Assembly (NCBI GenBank): GCA_016933675.1
Contig: JAFGAM010000075.1
Span: 7,822 to 71,821 of the forward strand
DNA from: Candidatus Anaeroferrophillacea bacterium
GTDB taxonomy: Bacteria; Desulfobacterota; Anaeroferrophillalia; Anaeroferrophillales; Anaeroferrophillaceae
Direction: 5' to 3'
Length of the DNA: 64,000 bases
Part shown: in pieces, positions 57,530 to 64,000 of the stretch
How positions within the stretch are numbered: the first letter of the stretch is position 1
Layout of the letters: every line of letters starts with the position of its first letter
Made by a program: the position numbers and the translations under genes
Notes under the pieces: generated by a model
What the model saw: only the letters and a program-made list of their open reading frames with translations
Databases searched by the model: none
Told to the model about the DNA's origin: nothing

Positions 57530-58831
57530 TCAGCGCATGAGATTGGGAAGCACCAGCGAAATGGACGGTACCGCGATAAGAATCACGGTACCGATGATCA
57601 ATGCCGCGAGAAACGGCAGTACCCCCCGGAAGATGGTCGTCAGAGGGATCTCGGGGGCGACACCCTTGACGACATAGACATTGATGCCTACCGGTGGCGA
57701 GATAACCCCCATCTGGGTGACCAGCACGATAATGACCCCGAACCAGATGGGATCGTATCCCAGGGTAAGGATGACCGGGTAAAAGATCGGCACCGTCAGC
57801 AGGATGAGGGCCAGGGCGTCGATGAAGCAGCCGCCCAGCAGGTACACGAAGATGATGACCATGACGACGAAAAACCGGTGCAGCGGCAGGCCCGCGACCC
57901 AGCCGGCCAGATCGTAGGGAATCCGGGTGACAGCGAGAAAATGGCCGAAGATTACCGCGCCGGTAACGATCATCATCACCATGCAGGTGGTGCGGGTGGT
58001 TTCCAGCAGCGACTGGATAAATCCCTTCCAGGTCAGCTTGCGGCCGGCGAGAGCGATAAGCAGACTGCACAACGCACCGACGGCGCCGGCCTCGGTGGGG
58101 GTGAAGAAACCGACAAACAGCCCGCCCATAACCAGACTGAAGAGCAGCAGTGTCTCCCCGGTACCCTTCAGGGATCGCAGCCTTGCCGCCGCGGAGGCCT
58201 TTGGCCCCGGCGGGCCGAGGTCGGGGTTCCGGCGGCATGACCAGGCAACGGCAAGGCAGAACAACAGGGCGATGAACAGGCCGGGAAGAATGCCGGCGAT
58301 GAACAGCTTGCCGATGGACTGCTCGGTCATAATGCCGTAAACGATGAACACCACGCTGGGGGGGATCAGCATGCCGAGACTGCCGCCGGAAGCCACCGCC
58401 CCGGAGGCCAGTTCCATGGCATAACCGTAGCGTTTCATCTCCGGCAGAGCAACGGTGGCCATGGTGGCGGCGGTGGCCGGCGAGGAGCCGCAGATCGCCC
58501 CGAAGGCGGTGCAGGCGCCGATGGTGGCCATGGCCAGGCCGCCGCGGAAGTGGCCGATAAAAGCGTAGGCGGTCTCGTAGAGCCGCTTGCTGATGCCGGC
58601 GTGAAACGATACCTGGCCCATGAAGATGAACAGCGGAATCACCGTCAGGCCGTAGCTGCTGAAGGTGGAAAAAACGTCCTGGGCCAACAGGGAAAGGGCG
58701 GCGGGCAGGTTCACCAGACAGACGAATCCGCCGAATCCCACCACCGCCATGGCAAAGCCTACCGGCAGGCGCAGAAACAGCAGGCCGATGAGCGCCGCGA
58801 GGCCGAGCATACCGATCACTGCGGGACTCAT
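57530..58831 (-). CDS. dctM: TRAP transporter large permease
   Basis: IPLFI.MG, GGLA.A, GSS.ATAA, G.LG.LIPPS, TPTEA, DPIWFG, SPPVG.N. Confidence 0.93.
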   Translation of the reverse strand: MSPAVIGMLGLAALIGLLFLRLPVGFAMAVVGFGGFVCLVNLPAALSLLAQDVFSTFSSYGLTVIPLFIFMGQVSFHAGISKRLYETAYAFIGHFRGGLAMATIGACTAFGAICGSSPATAATMATVALPEMKRYGYAMELASGAVASGGSLGMLIPPSVVFIVYGIMTEQSIGKLFIAGILPGLFIALLFCLAVAWSCRRNPDLGPPGPKASAAARLRSLKGTGETLLLFSLVMGGLFVGFFTPTEAGAVGALCSLLIALAGRKLTWKGFIQSLLETTRTTCMVMMIVTGAVIFGHFLAVTRIPYDLAGWVAGLPLHRFFVVMVIIFVYLLGGCFIDALALILLTVPIFYPVILTLGYDPIWFGVIIVLVTQMGVISPPVGINVYVVKGVAPEIPLTTIFRGVLPFLAALIIGTVILIAVPSISLVLPNLMR

Positions 58832-59313
58832 CCGGAAGCACCATTACGTGCCGCCGGCAGGCTTTCCGCCAGCAGGACGACAGACACGAGAAGAGCCGAA
58901 ACGGCGATGGCGTCGACCACCGGCCAGAAAGGCAGCTGGCAGCTCAGGGTCACCTCACCCGTCTCCCGCAGTCCGTCGGCATACAGAAGGCTCTGCCAGG
59001 CGATGAGGGCGAAAAGTACGGCACCGAGCAGCGACATCAGGATATCGATCAGCCGACGCAGGTGCGACGGACACTTCTCCACCAGGAAGTCGACCGCCAC
59101 ATGGCCCTTTTCCAGGGTCGTTGACGGCAACGCCAGGGCGATGGCCAGCGCCCCAAGGAGCCCAACCATCTCGTAGGTACCAAGGATGGGGTGGCGAAAC
59201 AGGCGTCCGATAACATCGGCACAGGTCAGCCCCATCATCAGGACGACACATAACGCGGCACCATAATTGAACCAGCGCACCAGCAGTTTGATCAATGACA
59301 CAACCTTCTCCAT
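58828..59313 (-). CDS. dctQ: TRAP transporter small permease
   Basis: Four TM helices, DVIGR..F..PI.G..E, HVAVD. Confidence 0.9.
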   Translation of the reverse strand: MEKVVSLIKLLVRWFNYGAALCVVLMMGLTCADVIGRLFRHPILGTYEMVGLLGALAIALALPSTTLEKGHVAVDFLVEKCPSHLRRLIDILMSLLGAVLFALIAWQSLLYADGLRETGEVTLSCQLPFWPVVDAIAVSALLVSVVLLAESLPAARNGASG

Positions 59314-59455
59314 TTTTGCCGCATTCCGGCAGTCCTTACGGGACCCTCAATGCCTGGCGACCAGTCCATCCCCGGTTCACATTGATGTCAACATGAACAT
59401 CACGACCGCCCGAATTATCTCCGGGCGGCCGCATCACCGACAAACAAAAAACACC

Positions 59456-60469
59456 CTATTCGAGCATCGAGCGGATTTCCGCCACCACCCGGTCGCCGGG
59501 CAGGCCCTGGGCGGTGGTCTTCTGGACGTAGTCCGCAATAATGGGCGCGACCTTCTCCACCCAGCGGGCGCTTTCCGCAGCGCTCAGACCGAACACCTGG
59601 TTACCGCGTTCGAGGGTATAGGCCCGGCCGGCGGCGTCGGCATCGTCCCACGCCTGGCCGTGGACCGCGACCCACTCGTCACTGACGGCGTCGATGATCT
59701 GCTGGATTTCCGCCGGCAGGCCATCCCAGGTGCGTTTGTTCATCACCACGAACATCGAGGTGGTGTAACCGATGGCCGGCAGGTCAGTGCTGGAGGTCAC
59801 CACCTCCCCCTGTTTCCAGCCTTTGAGTACCTCTATGGGACCGATGGTGCCGTCGACGGTGCCCTTCTGGAGCGCCTCGTAGGTGTCGCCCTGGGGCATG
59901 GCCACGGGCACGCCGCCGAGGTTCGAGATGATCTTGGCACTGAGCCCGGTGGAACGGACCTTCATCCCCTGGATGTCATCGATGGTTTTCACCGCCTTTT
60001 TCTTCATGTGCAGCACACCGGGACCATGGGCATGCACGTACAACACCTTCGTGTCCTGCACCTCGGCGGGATTGAACTTATGGGTGATCTGGGTGGCAAC
60101 GCGGGTAGCCGTTTTGCCGTCCGGATAGCCCAGCGGCAGGTCGAGCCCCTCGAGCAGCGGGAAGCGGCCACGGGTATAGGCAAAGCAGGACATGCCGATA
60201 TCGGAGATCCCCTTCACCACCCCGTCGTACACCTGGGGCGCCTTGGTCAGGGTGCCGCCGGGATAGACGGTGATCTTCACCCGGCCATCGGTACGCTTTT
60301 CAACCTCTTTGGCCCAGTCCACCGCCGCTTTGCACTGGGCATGGGTGGGCGGGAAGAAGATGCTGTAAGACAGGTTCCAGGTCTTTTCCTTCGCCTGGAC
60401 CGTACCCCCGCAGGTCAGTACCACAATGACTGCCGCAATCAGAATGCCAAGCAAACCTCTGCGCCACAT
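59456..60469 (-). CDS. dctP: TRAP transporter substrate-binding protein
   Basis: Signal peptide, T.GRV.I..YPGG.L, G..DIG, GRFPL, GMKVR, YEALQKG.VDG; AGGAGG RBS. Confidence 0.92.
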   Translation of the reverse strand: MWRRGLLGILIAAVIVVLTCGGTVQAKEKTWNLSYSIFFPPTHAQCKAAVDWAKEVEKRTDGRVKITVYPGGTLTKAPQVYDGVVKGISDIGMSCFAYTRGRFPLLEGLDLPLGYPDGKTATRVATQITHKFNPAEVQDTKVLYVHAHGPGVLHMKKKAVKTIDDIQGMKVRSTGLSAKIISNLGGVPVAMPQGDTYEALQKGTVDGTIGPIEVLKGWKQGEVVTSSTDLPAIGYTTSMFVVMNKRTWDGLPAEIQQIIDAVSDEWVAVHGQAWDDADAAGRAYTLERGNQVFGLSAAESARWVEKVAPIIADYVQKTTAQGLPGDRVVAEIRSMLE

Positions 60470-60569
60470 ACCGAACCTCCCTTTCTCCTGAGTCATCCGT
60501 TTTACCGGCCATCGCCGCCAGTCGCCGTCCGCCGGAACAAACGCCATCCGACCGGTGCAAAAAACACAA

Positions 60570-60584
60570 GCAAAAACCCGGCCA
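60570..60584 (-). promoter_or_regulatory. sigma54 (-24/-12) promoter candidate for dctPQM
   Basis: Minus strand TGGCCGGGTTTTTGC: GG-N10-GC with TTGC, 100 bp upstream of dctP ATG. Confidence 0.5.
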
Positions 60585-60811
60585 TGGCGATAAAAACAAG
60601 ATTATAACGCCTCCATCAACGGTTCGCTAGGGGAAATCACTGCCTGCGGGAACTTGGCAATGCAGGGTTCCCGTCCCGTGCGCCCGCGGACAGGGTATAG
60701 CTAATCGTGGGCAATCGGAACCAGCGTAAAATGATACCGGGAAGCAGTGAAATATTACCGGGAAAAGAGAAAAGATTACTCCCTCATACTCTGCCGGACC
60801 CGGGCGCTTCC

Positions 60812-62425
60812 CTACTCGCTCAGGTGAAGTGTCCAGCGCCAGCTGCCGCTCTCTCCCGCCGGCTGGGTGATGGTGTAGCCGTCCTCGTAGCGGAAGGTCA
60901 GCGGATGGATGAATGTCTGCGGCAAAGACATGGACCCGGTGTACTCGGGGCAGGTCACCGTAGCGGTCTGGCTCCAACTGTCGACAAGCACAAGATTCAG
61001 CATCGGGATCTCTCCCGTCACCCCGCTCAGTTGTCCGCGGTCCAGGGTGGTGGTTACAGACCCGGTTATCGAGACGATGCAGTCCGCGGCTGTGCCCCCG
61101 CCGGTGAGGCTGGACTGACCCGGCATCGTCTCCCGGACCTCGGCTGGAAGCCGGTCCGATGATGCTTTGAATTTGATCGTGCCGGCATAATTCCAGGAAA
61201 TGCCCTGGGCCTGAATGACGTGGCTGTAGTCAATCCTGAAGGCATCGGAACACTCCGCGGTAATATCATTGATCCGATTCTGAAAGTCGGACACCAGGGG
61301 CCCGGAGGTCAGGCGCATCAGCAGGTCGGCATATTTGAACAGTACATCCAGATAATCCCCGCAGGGATCGGCCGGCACCGGCTGCTGCAGGAAATTGGCC
61401 GCATCCCGCTTGGCCGCTTCGACGGCCTTGTCGATGTATTTCTGACCGTCACCCCCCGCAAGCTCCACGATTTCACCCCACTTGAGCAGGGCATCGCAGA
61501 CATCGTAGGTATCCTGCCAACCGTAAGGATCGGCCGGCGACGGCAGCGTTGATGCCATTTCGGCCTGGGCGGCGGCCTCGCCGCCGGTGACATCTCCCGC
61601 GGTGTAGGTCGAAAAGTGGTAGATCAGGCCACTGATCCGATCCGTGGTCACGGCTTGCTGCCCGATGGGCAGAACCAGGCTGCTGTCTTTGATGTACAGC
61701 AGGAGTGAAGTCGACGGCGAATCCAGTTCCTGGACCAGGTCCACCGAGAACGTGGCCGGTTCATGGAGGAGCAGACCGTGGGGTTGAACAATCACTCCCG
61801 GCAAGACATTCGTGGCAATGGGATTGAGCGGAATATCCGCCAGGGCCGTCAGACTGACGAGGGTGGGATTCAGGATCGCCCCGGAAGGAATTGAAAGCCG
61901 GATCAGGTCCCCGCGCTGATTGGCAACCTCCAGGACTCCCCCCTCAGCCCCGATGGTCATGGCAGAATGAACCCCGGCGCCGATCACGAAAGACACATCG
62001 TCGTAGCTTAAGGAAGCGATGGTGAGCTGCCCGTCGGGAACGGTGTCGACCCCGAAGTAGATGACATAACTCCCCGCCGGGAACCCCGAAAGGGGAACCG
62101 TGAACAGGGTGGTTGCACCAAAACCGAATATATCCCCCTGCAGGGTGGGCGCCGCGGGAGCATCCCAACCGCCTGCCGGAGTCATGTAGTAAAACCCGAA
62201 AGGAGTTCCCGCCGCCAGCCACCAGTCGGCCCGACCCGAGACTCCCTGGCAATCCATGGAAAGCGATATTGTCAGCTCGTCCGCCGGGGACAAAGACAGC
62301 GGACCGTCAACGCCGTTGATCCTGATATCCGGAAGGGGCTGACTGCCCGCCAGCAGCGGTTGGGCAATGATGATGATGGCAACGAGACAAATCAGAGGCC
62401 GGAAACGGCGAAGACATCCTCTCAT
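60812..62425 (-). CDS. secreted multidomain hypothetical protein (beta-sandwich plus ZU5-like domain)
   Basis: Signal peptide; PDIRING.DGP...ADWW...Y.IYFGVD module; IGAEGGVL....LSIPSGAI....P.GL....PA and HFS.Y (ZU5-like); GGAGG RBS. Confidence 0.7.
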   Translation of the reverse strand: MRGCLRRFRPLICLVAIIIIAQPLLAGSQPLPDIRINGVDGPLSLSPADELTISLSMDCQGVSGRADWWLAAGTPFGFYYMTPAGGWDAPAAPTLQGDIFGFGATTLFTVPLSGFPAGSYVIYFGVDTVPDGQLTIASLSYDDVSFVIGAGVHSAMTIGAEGGVLEVANQRGDLIRLSIPSGAILNPTLVSLTALADIPLNPIATNVLPGVIVQPHGLLLHEPATFSVDLVQELDSPSTSLLLYIKDSSLVLPIGQQAVTTDRISGLIYHFSTYTAGDVTGGEAAAQAEMASTLPSPADPYGWQDTYDVCDALLKWGEIVELAGGDGQKYIDKAVEAAKRDAANFLQQPVPADPCGDYLDVLFKYADLLMRLTSGPLVSDFQNRINDITAECSDAFRIDYSHVIQAQGISWNYAGTIKFKASSDRLPAEVRETMPGQSSLTGGGTAADCIVSITGSVTTTLDRGQLSGVTGEIPMLNLVLVDSWSQTATVTCPEYTGSMSLPQTFIHPLTFRYEDGYTITQPAGESGSWRWTLHLSE

Positions 62426-62509
62426 GACACCACCTCCATGCGGGCCATAACGTGCTGCGACAGTCGCAGGGACAGACAACCTGCCAGCATACTGTTTCAG
62501 AAGGTAACG

Positions 62510-62666
62510 TTACCGTCCGGAACTGTCAAACAGCGGCGCGGGGGGAAAGTCGATATTCAGCACGGCCAATGCGCTGAGATATGTACCCATGGTTACGGAA
62601 GGCTCCCCCTTTTCCAGGCGGTACCAGGCAACCCGGGACATGCCCGCTGCCTGAGCGACATAACGG
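62510..62666 (-). pseudogene. XRE/HipB-like HTH gene remnant lacking its N-terminus
   Basis: Manual translation VAQAAGMSRVAWYRLEKGEPSVTMGTYLSALAVLNIDF; in-frame TAA immediately upstream. Not in ORF track. Confidence 0.7.
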
Positions 62667-62752
62667 TTTTACCAGCCAGATGCCAATTTCTAAATGCCGT
62701 CCGCCAACCTGTAATCATTTTACCAGATTATAGCTTATTTATAATTGTTTTA

Positions 62753-62810
62753 TTGACATGCTGCCATATAATAAGTATATTACGAGCAGAATAACAATTT
62801 TACGAGCAGA
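62753..62810 (+). promoter_or_regulatory. sigma70 promoter for fic with 11-bp direct repeat operator candidate
   Basis: TTGACA (62753-62758), 17-bp spacer, TATATT (62776-62781); TTACGAGCAGA at 62780-62790 and 62800-62810. Confidence 0.6.
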
Positions 62811-62814
62811 CCGC

Positions 62815-64000
62815 ATGGATATAAAGGTTTTGGAATCTCGCCCGGCAGGCTACGCATATCTGCTTGATATGATGGGGCTGACAGGCATCCCCCCCCATTG
62901 TCATGCCTCGTTTGTGTCCTCATCAGGAACTCGCAGATCGAAGGTTCAGGATGGAACAATAGAAGACATATACCCCATAAGGTACTGGCCCGGGGAAAAG
63001 GTCAGTGACCATCTTGAATTCGTGCTGAAATATGACGGGGTCAATCTGGGCTTGCTGGCGCGAATCTTCGCAAGGGTTTCTCAGGATGAGCTGACCGAGT
63101 ACATAAAATCCAAACCTACCGGGAAGTACGCCCGAAGAATCTGGTTCTTTTACGAGTTTCTGACTGGAAAGCAGCTGCCTGTCGATGACCTGACTTCCGG
63201 AAATTATGTCGATGCATTGGAGACCAAAAATTATTACACCGTTCAGAACGGAGAGAAATCTTCACGCCACCGGATTGTAAACAATCTTCTTGGACCCAAG
63301 TCGTTTTGTCCTGTCGTAAGACGAACCGAAAAGCTTGCTAAACTGGATTCATCCGACCTGCGCAAAAGGTGTGAGGATATCGTCACCGCATATCCACCGG
63401 AACTGCTTCGCCGGGCACTGAGCTACCTCTACAATAAGGAAACAAAGTCATCTTTTGAAATTGAGCACATCAAGCCCAACGCCTCCCGGACTGAAAAATT
63501 CATCACATCGCTGGAGCTTGCCGAGAAGGAAGACTTCTGTGAAAAAGAAAGGCTGATAGAGCTTCAGAACCGAATCGTCGACCCGCGTTTCAAAGACAGT
63601 GATTATCGGGTGAGCCAGAATTATGTCGGCCAAACGGTTGCCTTTCAGAAGGAGGTCATACATTTCATTTGTCCAAAACCTGATGACCTGCCAAGCCTGA
63701 TGGAGGGATTGATCGATTCCCATAAGCGGATGAAAGCGGGAAATGTATCTCCGGTCATTCATGCGGCGGCCATCGCCTACGGCTTTGTGTTCCTGCATCC
63801 ATTTGAGGATGGGAACGGGCGAATTCATCGGTTTCTGATACATAACATCCTGTCGTTGCTGGAACTGGTACCACGCGGACTAATGTTCCCGGTTTCGGCC
63901 GTCATGCTCAAAAATCCGGCGGATTACGATGGGTCGCTTGAAGCGTTTTCCCGGCCATTGCTTCAGCTCATCGATTATCGGTTGGATGAAATGGGACAAA
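62815..64000 (+). CDS. large Fic-domain protein, truncated by window edge
   Basis: Open frame from ATG 62815 (MDIKVLESRPAGY...HLEFVLKYDGVNL...); canonical HPFEDGNGRIHR near 63796; ETKSSFEIE resembles the inhibitory (S/T)xxxE helix. Not in ORF track. Confidence 0.92.
   Translation, partial: MDIKVLESRPAGYAYLLDMMGLTGIPPHCHASFVSSSGTRRSKVQDGTIEDIYPIRYWPGEKVSDHLEFVLKYDGVNLGLLARIFARVSQDELTEYIKSKPTGKYARRIWFFYEFLTGKQLPVDDLTSGNYVDALETKNYYTVQNGEKSSRHRIVNNLLGPKSFCPVVRRTEKLAKLDSSDLRKRCEDIVTAYPPELLRRALSYLYNKETKSSFEIEHIKPNASRTEKFITSLELAEKEDFCEKERLIELQNRIVDPRFKDSDYRVSQNYVGQTVAFQKEVIHFICPKPDDLPSLMEGLIDSHKRMKAGNVSPVIHAAAIAYGFVFLHPFEDGNGRIHRFLIHNILSLLELVPRGLMFPVSAVMLKNPADYDGSLEAFSRPLLQLIDYRLDEMGQ

Noticed and set aside
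53408-58240. 1610-aa plus-strand ORF
   Set aside because: Antisense shadow of the oxidoreductase and dctM; no motifs; expected from GC-rich codon bias.
63448-63843. 131-aa minus-strand ORF as antitoxin
   Set aside because: Fully antisense to the Fic catalytic region with no recognisable motif.

Overview
GC-rich chromosomal window of an anaerobic, Desulfobacterota/deltaproteobacterium-like organism (taxon inferred from gene content only: futalosine-pathway mqnD, Desulfovibrio-type bacterioferritin, xerD next to a DHH/CBS tRNA nucleotidyltransferase, UPF0280 plus NIL-ferredoxin). It is mostly housekeeping and metabolic: xerD, hfq, a MoxR/VWA pair, trmJ, rlmB, alaC-hom, feoAB, mqnD, acyl-CoA dehydrogenase, a GGDEF protein, bfr, a Liv-type ABC transporter with an XRE-cupin regulator, and a patch of small accessory genes and pseudogenes (24-33.5 kb). 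A long minus-strand run follows (UPF0280, NIL-Fd, iscR-like, iscS, mnmA, mtaB, DUF1858, tlyA, ispG, mutL, lipoprotein, trxB, pcm, rpoS, dxs), then carB, a Fur/PerR regulator, a single-chain 2-oxoacid:ferredoxin oxidoreductase behind a TRAP transporter, a secreted protein, and the edge of an AT-richer segment with a broken XRE gene and a large Fic gene. I saw no rRNA, tRNA or CRISPR array. Best leads: (1) archaeal-type sulfide-assimilation genes (ApbE-like UPF0280 plus NIL-ferredoxin, without DUF39) joined to an Rrf2/IscS/C-type MnmA/MtaB tRNA-thiolation operon; (2) an Hfq with a remodelled distal face overlapping xerD; (3) a PFOR-like fusion whose beta domain looks like the multi-subunit type; (4) a dispersed degenerate MITE/REP-like repeat family. 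All calls come from reading motifs; no database searches were run.
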